Origin: Zygnema circumcarinatum SAG 698-1b
Lineage: Eukaryota; Plantae; Zygnematophyceae
Reading direction: 5' to 3'
NCBI GenBank assembly: GCA_037447605.1
Contig: CM074809.1
Coordinates: 610,689-674,688 of the forward strand
Length of the DNA stretch: 64,000 bases
This document shows positions 11,901 through 22,481 of this stretch, piece by piece. The position numbers and the translations under genes were made by a program. Each line of letters begins with the position of its first letter. The stretch's first letter is position 1. The notes under the pieces were generated by a model that saw only the letters and a program-made list of their open reading frames with translations, was not told the DNA's origin and did not search any database.

Positions 11901-14471
11901 AGGGATGATGTTTGACAGAAATGCGGGGCAAATGATGAACATTGAATACTTCATGGCTGTACTGTATGACAGTATGCATAGTTGTGCAAGTGTATGATGA
12001 TTTCACCTGATGGAGGTCTCCAACAAAGTGCAGGAGAAACCGGGCAGCCAAAGCTCGTCCCCACCTGCAATACATTTTGAAATGGGAGGAAAGGGAGAGA
12101 GTGGGAAGCAAAGAGAGAGAGGGGCAACAGAACAAGAGAGGAAGTAACGAGGAAGGGAGAGGGGAGAAATGGGAGAGAGGGAGCAGTGAATGGAGAGGGC
12201 CAGAAAGAGAGCGAGGGGGGAACAGCCGGGGTGAGAGAGAGAGAGAGGGAGAGAGCATCTGCAATGAAAGGGCACAGTCGACCTCACGCATCATTATGTT
12301 TGGAGAGGAGCAAACTGTAGGAGTGTTGCACAGCCCACACAACGTTCTCGGCCTCCTGCACACACTCCGCAGATCTGCAAAAAAGTCAGGTCAAGTCAAG
12401 TCAAGTCAAGTCAAGTCAAGTCAAGTCAAGTCAAGTGAAGGCATCTCTGGTCAGTCATACTTTTCGACCTCCTGCAGCAAACTTTCTTTGTAACTCTGCG
12501 CGGAAGGTCCGTCCACTGTTTAAAAATCTCAACAGGAGAAGAAGGGATGATTACAGCAGGCACATTCACGAGGTCAACATTGGTCAATAATAGAACTCCA
12601 ATTTGCAATTTGCACTCGACATTTGGAGAGCAGAGAATGTACCAATGTTGGAGGTTTGACGTTGCCAAGGACAACCGGATAGTCCACATAATGCCTGAAG
12701 GGGGGGAAGCAAGCGGACCAAGCTCAATAGACATATAAGGAGGCCTAAATTCAACCCTAAATTCCTTTCTTCTTGATTAGAAGAATTTACATTCACGGCA
12801 TTTCAACCGGCGCAGTTTAACGCTCACCAGGCGCTGAAAAATCCGATGCCGTACGATTTGATCAAATCCGCCCATCTGAATTGCAAAAGAAAATACGAAT
12901 GCGCGCGGAAGGGAGGAAAGGGGGAAGGGGGAGAGAGAGAGAGGGAGAGAGAGAGCGAGAGGTAGAGAGAGAGACAGAGAAGGAGAGGAATGAAAAGAGA
13001 CCGCGGGAGAGAGGGAACGAGAGAGCGTGCAGGAAGAGAGTGAGAGGGAGACGGAAGCGAGGTCAAATTAATCTTCCAAACAAATAAAGCAATGACACAA
13101 CAACAGCTCTGTGAAGGACGGAGAGAAACAAAATACAACTGCCTACAAATGCCCTTTCAATCGATAGGAGTTTCCAGGAATTTTATAGGAAATATAAATA
13201 ATTACTATTTCTCTGAAATCAATGGCGGAGAGGTCTGGACTCACATAGCACTGGAGTTCATCCCAGTGCCCCCTCCATAATATGCTGAGAATTCACTCAA
13301 GTACTGTCAGGAACAAGAAAAGAAAGAATCAGTTGCAGGGAGCATAATGCTCTTCACTCGACTTTCAGTTCTGTTAAGGTTCTGGTCTTTCTATGGCTGC
13401 TGGTCATAGGGATTCGGGCTGCTTCTGTCCTCTTCGCAATATCTACTTCATGCCCATATTAAACATCTCAAAGTACTCAAGAATGGCCGCGTTTTTTTAA
13501 GTAATCTTGAAGAGAAAACAGAACGGCGGCATGGAAACAGAGCACACCACATCCATGTGGGCTTTTGCAGAGGGAGTTAAACGCGTTCGAGCGATCTCGG
13601 CCACGATCTGTCACAGCCACAACAATTTAAGGGGTTGAGATCCACTGGATGTTGTACAATATGTTGGGAGTTTCAGGATTTCGTAACTTGGTCAAAAAAT
13701 ATAGAATTAGCAGAGAGGAATGTAGCGAAAGGAGGTGCAGAAAGTTTGGAACGACAATGCACTCCGAGAGGGTAGTGTGCATGGGAGACAATGTGAGTTA
13801 CGCATGGCAATGGAAGTCAATGCGAGTCTATCGGAGTAACTGCGAGTCAATGTGGGTCACACAGGGCAATAAGGAATAAGAAAGAGGCACTGTGATGGGG
13901 TACAGACACATGTCGAAGCACTTTCAAAAAAATATGATGTGGGGCGAGGAAGAGAGGCACACAGAGAGAGAGAGAGAGAGTGGGAGCGAGTGGCGAAAAG
14001 AGAGAGAGAGAGAGGTGAGAGAGAGGGAGAGGGGGAGGGGAGAGAGCGGGAAATCAAGAGAGTGGAGTGAGAGTGAGCGGATGAAAGAATAAAGAGAGAG
14101 GCAAGTGATGAGTTGCAGACACATGTGGAAGATCAAAACAACTTGAGGCGGGGGGGGTGGAGTGCGAGAGAGACAGAGAGTGAGAGGATGAGAGAAAGAT
14201 AGAGAGAGAGAGGCGAGAGGTTTCTGAAGGAAGAAAGGACAGGGACAGAGCAGGAGATAGAAAGAGAGCGAGAGAGAGAGAGAGAGGGGAAGAGAAATAT
14301 AGAAATGGAGAGGGTTGGGGGGAAGGGAGGAGGGAGGGCCCGCACCATATGCCCTACCGCCCACCATGCCGTGGACGGCGGAACGCGGGCGAGCAGAAGA
14401 AGCGCAAAAAATATGCCTCCTCCCTGCCGCCATGGCCTGCCCGCAAACCCTAATCCTCGCCTGCCCGCCAT
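8997..14471 (-). CDS. S1/P1 (class I) nuclease / 3'-nucleotidase with signal peptide and C-terminal transmembrane anchor
   Basis: 14 phase-consistent exons: 14471-14346, 13607-13551, 13303-13245, 12875-12828, 12694-12643, 12355-12288, 12064-12007, 11570-11455, 11192-11042, 10818-10762, 10586-10503, 10253-10216, 9703-9603, 9166-8997. Motifs: AWWAVGHM, WADLIK, AWHYVD, LLHFVGDLHQPLH, GDRGGN, NLHAFWD, WAKESY, LALGGYRLAAMLN. The C-terminus reads LLATGLGLMTAISLTLLVTLL-RERLR...YHQL. Confidence 0.92.
11210..11345. repeat. Intronic tandem repeat of ~12-24-bp units (tgccac[a/g]tcagcat[ccgtgtcaac])
   Basis: About 7-8 degenerate GCCACGTCAGCA-like units seen directly. They resemble TE subterminal repeats. 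Confidence 0.7.
12386..12436 (-). repeat. (TTGAC)n array (gtcaa on the + strand) just upstream of an acceptor in the nuclease gene
   Basis: About 9-10 gtcaa units. The acceptor is at 12357-12356 on the minus strand. Confidence 0.9.
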
Positions 14472-14869
14472 GGCTGCCCTCTCCTGTCAGCAGCATAAGC
14501 TTTGCAAAAAGATGGACGTTTAGGGTTTCCATGTGAGCATTCCAGCCAGCTGCTCCGTTCGCCGTTCAACTGCAGAATTCAAGCGCATATGTGTGGTCCG
14601 CAGTCGTGAATCTAGTAAAGCGTCGGTTACATTTGTTTAAATTTTAGCTACAACGGGAACTGTGACTGAGAATGCAGCGACATTATACATCATCATACAT
14701 CATCGGTACAGAAATCGCATCCATATCGTAAAGTATCGAGTTTAGTGTAGCATATCGTATCTCAAATCCTGTCATATAATATCGATACGATATATTCTAA
14801 ATATCGGTGGTATCGTCTGTATCGATTTGTCCCCCCCTCTTGGAAGGGCTAAAACCCTACGGGCACCCC

Positions 14870-15490
14870 TGTAAGCCCCTGAACCCTAAATATGAAGCCC
14901 TGGGAAAATTGCCTAAACCCTAAACCTTAAACCTTAATCCTGAGCCCTAAACCCTCAAACCCTAACCCTAATCCTGAGCCCTAAACCCTAATCCTTAATC
15001 CTGAGCCCTGAATCCTAAACCCTAAACCCTAATCCTGAGCCCTGAACCCTGATCCCAACCTCTGAGCTTTCCCCCCCCCTGAGCCCTGAACCCTGAAAGC
15101 CCCACGTTTGGAGCCCTGAACCCTAGCCGTGACCCTGGAAGTCGGAAACCCTATTTTTTTCTAAAACCCTAAACCCTATGCATGGCCATGGCGGCGGTGG
15201 CGTGCAGGCGAGTGGGAGGGTGGGCGAGCGCTCTGCAGAGGGTTTGGCTTCCACCTTCACTTTTTCAGCTCAAGTAGTAGTAGGGTTTATGGCGGAGGGT
15301 TTGGAGTCTTATTTAGGGTTCAGGGTTTAGGGTTGAAGGGTAGGTATTCCCTGTTTAAGTTTGGGATTCTGGTTTTTGTTTCAGGGTTTTTCGCTGAAGC
15401 ATAAACCTTAAACCTTAAACCTTAAACCTTAAACTTTAAACCTTTAACCTTAAACCCTAAAACCCTAAACTCTAAATCTTAAACCCTAAA
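14870..15490. repeat. Interstitial telomere-like / telo-box arrays between the divergent nuclease and EMB1381-like genes
   Basis: Degenerate (C)CCTAAA/CCTTAAA units at 14870-15180 and 15400-15490, with TTTAGGG-type units at ~15280-15390 between them. Confidence 0.8.
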
Positions 15491-15581
15491 CTCCCTTTAT
15501 CAAAAAAAGGAAAATTGAACTTCCTAGACCATTTGAAAATGCAATGTACCATTCTGATACATTTTTCAAGACCCATTTTCT

Positions 15582-17986
15582 ATGCAGAATATTTCCGTTC
15601 AACTGACAGAAACCACATTTCTTAAAAGATGCCAATACACTTCCTCCAGCATTATTTCAGCAAACCACCAAGAAGGCAAAAATAGTGAAAAAATTGAAAA
15701 CGAATCTCGAATTTCCGTCTGGCCGGACTCTCTGTCCCCTGAGAAGCTCCGTGGAACGGAGGCAGTTCAACGGAAACGGAACGGAAACGGAAACGGAACG
15801 GAATGGTCCGTTGTACCGCAACCGGTGTCGCGCATTGTGGTTGGGACTTACGGCGAAGTTTCAAATCCGCAGAGAATTATGATTTTTCACGGGCCGCGAG
15901 GCATTGGGAAGCGCGTGTTGGTAGAAGGTGAGTTAAAAAAAAATACATATATATATATATAGGTTGAAACAAAATTAATTAAACTCTTGCATCGAAGCAT
16001 GAATGGCAGATTTATATCCGTTAGTAAACTTTTTTGCTCACCTCCATCTTAAAATTCAGAGCTTTGACGTAACAACTTCCACGCTTCTTGAAATCTTTGA
16101 CCTTGAACTTGACTTTTGAAATCCGCTTTGACTTGACTTTGCTAGACCAATCTTGAACATTCTGAGCCTTGACTTGACTTGACTTGACTTGACTTGATCT
16201 TGACTTCGCTTTTGCTTTCAACGTTCTTATGACTCGTTGATTTTAACATTAATATTAGACTTTAACCTTCAACCCTGACTCCGACTGTGACTAACTTTCA
16301 CTTTTACCCGGTTTGACTTCGACTTCGACTTTGACATCGGTTTGACTTTGACTTTGACCTTGGTTTGACTTTGACTTTGCCTTTGACTTTTTTTGTGATG
16401 ACAGAGCTGGTGGAAGAGTGGAGAAGGCCTCCTCATGCAGTCGCATATCTCGACCTCGAAGCAGAAAATTTTGGAAACCATAAAATTTTGGGGCATCCCT
16501 CCTGGCTGCCCGTTCCCAGTTTACAGAATACACTGAAATTTTCTATGCTGCCCGAGGAAACCGGCACGCCAGGCGAAATTCAAGAAGGGGAAAGTCTTGA
16601 AGGGCAGAATAAAGGGGAATTTAGCGTAGAAAATTTCAGAAATAGGCTCGAAAGTGAGCTTGAAACACTCGCTTTGCAAGCCATTTCAAAAAAGCGGTTG
16701 AGTGGGATCACCATTTTTTCATCGTTAACGACGAAATATAGCATAGATGTGGCCCTTAAGCAGCTATTGAAGTCTTGCGGAGTTGATATGGTCGAGGGAG
16801 AGAGAGATTTTTTGATAAAGTTATGGAATTTAGGGTTAGGGGAGGTAGGGAAGAGGGGAGTGCTGAAGCCGCTGAAGGAGGGGAGGGAGTGGATGGATGT
16901 TGTGTTGAGTGAGAGAGGTGAGAGGGGTCCTTCAAATGGAGGGAGAGAGAGGGAGAGAGTAAAAGGACAGCTAGGCGTAGAGAGGAGAGGGGGGAGGAGG
17001 GAGAGAGTAGAAGGTCAGCGAGGCGTAGGGAGGAGAGGTAGGAGGGAGGGAAGGGAGGTGGGAGAGAGAGAATTGGAGTGGGAGGAGGAAGCTGTTTTGA
17101 GCCTTGCTTTGGCTAAGGAAGTTCTGAGGGTGCAGGAGGGATGGAGGACGAGAGAGAGAGGGGAGGGAGAGAGTGGGAGAGGAAAGATTTGGGGGGGAGT
17201 TGCGGATTCTGCGATTGCGTGGTCGGAATTTTTGATTCAGCTTCTCGGGAGGGCAGCCCTGCAGGGAGTGTTTCAGGTAACTCTGACCTACATAATTTTA
17301 TAATGAATAATAACTCTGAAAACCTTAAAAAAAATAATCGAAAGGCCCTGAAAGTTGAGGTGCGAGGAACGTGTAGAAAAGAGGTAGAAAATCAATGACT
17401 TTAATTCTCTTGTTTGGTAATGAAATTGGCCTTGTAGGTAAAGAGCCTAAAGCACTCCATAACCAAAGGAAGGCTTACAAAGGAATGTAAAGCTTGCATT
17501 GTGAAGGCCTCGCCTCTCCCTTCATGACAAAGGGTAGGAGAGAGACATAGAGAGAGAGAGAGATATAGGAAGAGAGAGAGGGGGAGGCCAAGGAGACAGC
17601 GGAGAGAAAAGAGAAGAGAAAGAGCGAGAGAGAGAGGAAAAGAGAGGGCATGGGACAGAGGAACGAGAAGAGAAGAGAGAGAGCGAGGGGGGACAGCGGC
17701 CGAGGGGAGAGGGAGAGAAGAGAGAGAAGAGAGAGAGCGTGAGAGGGACACAGAGAGAGAGAGAGAGAGAGAGCCGCGCTGAGCGCCTTCCCTCCCTCCC
17801 TCTCTCCCCCCCTCCCTCCCTCCCTCAGCCCAAGCTCGTCCTCCGCTCCCTCGAGGCCCTCCGCCGCGCGGCCCCTCTCCGTCACGACGCTCTCCTTCTC
17901 TCTCTCCGCCGCTGCGCGAAACTGCCCGTCCTTCTCGTCACGTCCGACAGGCAGGACCAAGCTCTCTCTCNNNNNNNNNNGCAGGA

Positions 17987-18034
<48 letters not shown>

Positions 18035-19842
18035 CTCCACTCTCCCGCTCTCTGTGTCTCTGTCTCTGTTTGTCTCTTGCTCTCGCTCTTGTTCTAGCTT
18101 TGGCTCTCCCCACCTCTCTCTCTCTCTTTTCCTCCTTCCTGCCATTCTCATCACATTTGATTCTGATCCCTTCCGGCGAGGTTGAGGTCGCTGCGCTGTG
18201 AGGGCGGCGAGGGGATGTTATTCGCTGTATTGTTGTTCTGTGTTTGAAAGGGCTGCGTGGATTGATTCGCAGAAGTCTGGGGAGTGGGTAGAGGAGAGGG
18301 AGTGGGCTCGCAAGGTGGGAGAGAGGGGCGGGTGGGAGAGAGAGGGAGAGAGAGGGAGAGGGAGAGAGAGAGAGAGAGAGAGGGAGAGATAGAGAGAGAG
18401 AGAGAGAGAGAGTGGCAGAGAGGGAGAGAGAGAGAGAGAGTGAGAGAGCCGGGTGGGTCCTGGGTCCTCTTCTGAGTTGAGGTGGGAGGGTTTGGGAGCA
18501 CAGCTATTACTCGGAGCAGGTCCACGTGGATACGGGCTCGTCTTTGCGGTTTCAGCCCTATGAGGTGTGGCAAGTCAACCTTGACTTGACTTGACTTGAC
18601 TTGACTTGACTCGACCTGACTTGGTTTGACTTACTTGACTTGACGTGACATGGCCTGACTTGACTTGACTTAACCTGGCTTGGCTGGACCTGACTTGACT
18701 TGACTTGGCTTGACCTGGCTTGGCTTGACTTGACTTGGTTTGACTTGACCTGATCTATACTGACATGACTTGAGACAGTATGAGTATTGATTCTCGATTG
18801 TCTCCATCTATCCCTTCTAAAGGGCATATTTTTTCAAACTCTATTTTTTTCAGAAAATCATATAATCGTCCTTACTCCTCGTTGAAACCACCAACACCAT
18901 GAAACTTCCTGAAAAGTTGAACTCGAAGCATGAATAAAACCCTAACCCTACACCTCCCCCCTTTTTTTCTTTTTTTTTAAATGTTAAATTTGTGGTGCAG
19001 GTATTCGGGTGGAGTGTGGACGAAGCCGCCATGTATTTGGTGCCTCATGTCTTCGATCCTCTGCAGGTACATTCTGCCGATAGGTATTAGAGTTTTTGCT
19101 TGGGAGAGGGAGAGAGAGGGCGAAAGAGGGAGGGAGGGAGAGGGAGCGCGGGGGGGGGGGNNNNNNNNNNGACCTACATAATTTTATAATGAATAATAAC
19201 TCTGAAAACCTTAAAAAAAATAATCGAAAGGCCCTGAAAGTTGAGGTGCGAGGAACGTGTAGAAAAGAGGTAGAAAATCAATGACTTTAATTCTCTTGTT
19301 TGGTAATGAAATTGGCCTTGTAGGTAAAGAGCCTAAAGCACTCCATAACCAAAGGAAGGCTTACAAAGGAATGTAAAGCTTGCATTGTGAAGGCCTCGCC
19401 TCTCCCTTCATGACAAAGGGTAGGAGAGAGACATAGAGAGAGAGAGAGATATAGGAAGAGAGAGAGGGGGAGGCCAAGGAGACAGCGGAGAGAAAAGAGA
19501 AGAGAAAGAGCGAGAGAGAGAGGAAAAGAGAGGGCATGGGACAGAGGAACGAGAAGAGAAGAGAGAGAGCGAGGGGGGACAGCGGCCGAGGGGAGAGGGA
19601 GAGAAGAGAGAGAAGAGAGAGAGCGTGAGAGGGACACAGAGAGAGAGAGAGAGAGAGAGCCGCGCTGAGCGCCTTCCCTCCCTCCCTCTCTCCCCCCCTC
19701 CCTCCCTCCCTCAGCCCAAGCTCGTCCTCCGCTCCCTCGAGGCCCTCCGCCGCGCGGCCCCTCTCCGTCACGACGCTCTCCTTCTCTCTCTCCGCCGCTG
19801 CGCGAAACTGCCCGTCCTTCTCGTCACGTCCGACAGGCAGGA

Positions 19843-19890
<48 letters not shown>

Positions 19891-22381
19891 CTCCACTCTC
19901 CCGCTCTCTGTGTCTCTGTCTCTGTTTGTCTCTTGCTCTCGCTCTTGTTCTAGCTTTGGCTCTCCCCACCTCTCTCTCTCTCTTTTCCTCCTTCCTGCCA
20001 TTCTCATCACATTTGATTCTGATCCCTTCCGGCGAGGTTGAGGTCGCTGCGCTGTGAGGGCGGCGAGGGGATGTTATTCGCTGTATTGTTGTTCTGTGTT
20101 TGAAAGGGCTGCGTGGATTGATTCGCAGAAGTCTGGGGAGTGGGTAGAGGAGAGGGAGTGGGCTCGCAAGGTGGGAGAGAGGGGCGGGTGGGAGAGAGAG
20201 GGAGAGAGAGGGAGAGGGAGAGAGAGAGAGAGAGAGAGGGAGAGATAGAGAGAGAGAGAGAGAGAGAGTGGCAGAGAGGGAGAGAGAGAGAGAGAGTGAG
20301 AGAGCCGGGTGGGTCCTGGGTCCTCTTCTGAGTTGAGGTGGGAGGGTTTGGGAGCACAGCTATTACTCGGAGCAGGTCCACGTGGATACGGGCTCGTCTT
20401 TGCGGTTTCAGCCCTATGAGGTGTGGCAAGTCAACCTTGACTTGACTTGACTTGACTTGACTTGACTCGACCTGACTTGGTTTGACTTACTTGACTTGAC
20501 GTGACATGGCCTGACTTGACTTGACTTAACCTGGCTTGGCTGGACCTGACTTGACTTGACTTGGCTTGACCTGGCTTGGCTTGACTTGACTTGGTTTGAC
20601 TTGACCTGATCTATACTGACATGACTTGAGACAGTATGAGTATTGATTCTCGATTGTCTCCATCTATCCCTTCTAAAGGGCATATTTTTTCAAACTCTAT
20701 TTTTTTCAGAAAATCATATAATCGTCCTTACTCCTCGTTGAAACCACCAACACCATGAAACTTCCTGAAAAGTTGAACTCGAAGCATGAATAAAACCCTA
20801 ACCCTACACCTCCCCCCTTTTTTTCTTTTTTTTTAAATGTTAAATTTGTGGTGCAGGTATTCGGGTGGAGTGTGGACGAAGCCGCCATGTATTTGGTGCC
20901 TCATGTCTTCGATCCTCTGCAGGTACATTCTGCCGATAGGTATTAGAGTTTTTGCTTGGGAGAGGGAGAGAGAGGGCGAAAGAGGGAGGGAGGGAGAGGG
21001 AGCGCGGGGGGGGGGGTGAGAGAGTGGGAGGGACAGGAGAAGAGAGAGAGAGTGAAAGAACCGCAACCACTTATCACTCAAACTCTGTAGAGGTGCGAAG
21101 ACCCTGAAGGTTACCTCACTCCCTCTCCCCTCCCTCTCCCCGTCCCTCTCCCTCTCCCCCTCTCTCTCTCTCCCTCTCCCCTTCCTGCCCCCCTCCCTCT
21201 CCCTCTCCCTCTCCCTCTCCCTCTCCCTCTCCCTCTCTCTCTCTCTCCCTGTCCCTCTCTCCCTCACCCTCTCACTCTCTCTCTCTCCCCCTCTCCCTTT
21301 CTCTCTCACTCTCTCTTCTCCCCCTCTCCCTCTCTCTCTCCCTCTCTCTCTCCCCCTCTCCCTCTCTCTCTCACTCTCTCTTCTCCCCCTCTCCCTCTCT
21401 CCCTCTCTCTCTCTCCCTCTCTCTCGCTCCCCCTCTCCCTCTCTCTCTCGCCTCTCTCTCTCGCAGTGGGAAGTCGTGACCGGAGTGGTGGGCGGAAATC
21501 CGCGGCACTTGGCGGAGCTCTGCTTTGTGTGGCGGCGCTACCAGCGATCGCATTCGTGAGCAAAACCCTAATTTCTTGAACCTTCATATTGTAACGTCGA
21601 ACTGAATGCTTAAACCCTTAAACCCTGAAACTTGGAGCTAAACCCTATCCGTATCCAAACTTTTGAACCGACAACATTCGTGTATTAAATTCGGCCCATT
21701 CAGCCCCTTCATTCATATCATTTTGAATATATATCTTCATATTCCTATATATTCCAATCTTCGTGGCTCATTAACTTAGCAGCTTTTTACTACATTTGAC
21801 ATTTGAAAGTTTTGAAAGTAAGCCTTAGTGTTGTACGGATCATTGTACGGTTATTGTACGGATTACCAGAATATCCCCAAAGACCTAAACATGTAAAACA
21901 TGGAAACTCTAAAAAAGAAAACGGGAACCAAAGTTGGGCGAATTTTGAGAGCATGTACGGAGCCATTCAGAGGCCGACTGTGATTGGCAGATGTTCGGTG
22001 AAGAACTGAACTGAGAACTGAGAGCGCATGGAACGCACCGTTGGGGAGGGTCAGAGAACAGGATCAAGTAACCCTCGTGGATAATTTCTTGGACCATTAT
22101 CTCGCCTTTCTCCAGGTGCCATTCTCCCTCTCCCACTCTTTCTCTCTCTCTCTCTCTCTCTCTTGACTCTAACCTCTACCTCTCTCTCTCTCTCTCAACT
22201 TTAAACTCTCTCTCTCTCTCTCTCTCTCTCCCTGCTTTCTCCCTCCTGATCCTAAACTCTCCCTCCTCTATCTCTCTCTCTCTCTCACTCTCTCTCGACT
22301 TTAAAGTCGGAAAGCTGAAACGTTGCGAATTTTGAACCCTAAAATTCTCCACTCTTGCAGGCGAGTGAGGTGGATCAAACC
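15582..22381 (+). CDS. EMB1381: EMB1381 (At2g31340)-like P-loop-containing protein; start uncertain, 3' end lost in a 100-N gap, three exons duplicated in the assembly
   Basis: Exons ~15588-15927, 16405-17276, 17829-17950 (GC donor), 18504-18564, 19001-19066, 21467-21555, one ending at 22115, and 22361 to the gap. Segments match my recollection of EMB1381: IFHGPRGIGK, EWRRPPHAVAYLD, LALAKEVLRVQEGW, LLGRAALQGVFQ-PKLVL, LPVLLVTSDS-YYS, FGWSVDEA, VVGGNPRHLAEL, DHYLAFLQ. Confidence 0.8.
16090..16390 (+). repeat. (TTGAC)/(TTTGAC)n arrays in an EMB1381-like intron, ending just before the acceptor at 16404
   Basis: ttgacttgac and tttgactttgac runs seen directly. Confidence 0.85.
17285..21015 (+). 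repeat. Near-identical ~1.87-kb tandem duplication (17285-19160 vs 19171-21015) split by a 10-N gap; probable scaffolding artefact
   Basis: Identical ORFs appear offset by 1886 and 1856 bp. Copy 1 also carries a 20-bp overlap duplicated around its own N gap (17951-18000). Confidence 0.85.
18570..18770 (+). repeat. (TTGAC)n array in an intron (duplicated at ~20425-20625)
   Basis: About 35 degenerate ttgac/ctgac/ttggc units. Confidence 0.9.
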
Positions 22382-22481
22382 NNNNNNNNNNNNNNNNNNN
22401 NNNNNNNNNNNNNNNNNNNNNNNNNNNNNNNNNNNNNNNNNNNNNNNNNNNNNNNNNNNNNNNNNNNNNNNNNNNNNNNNN

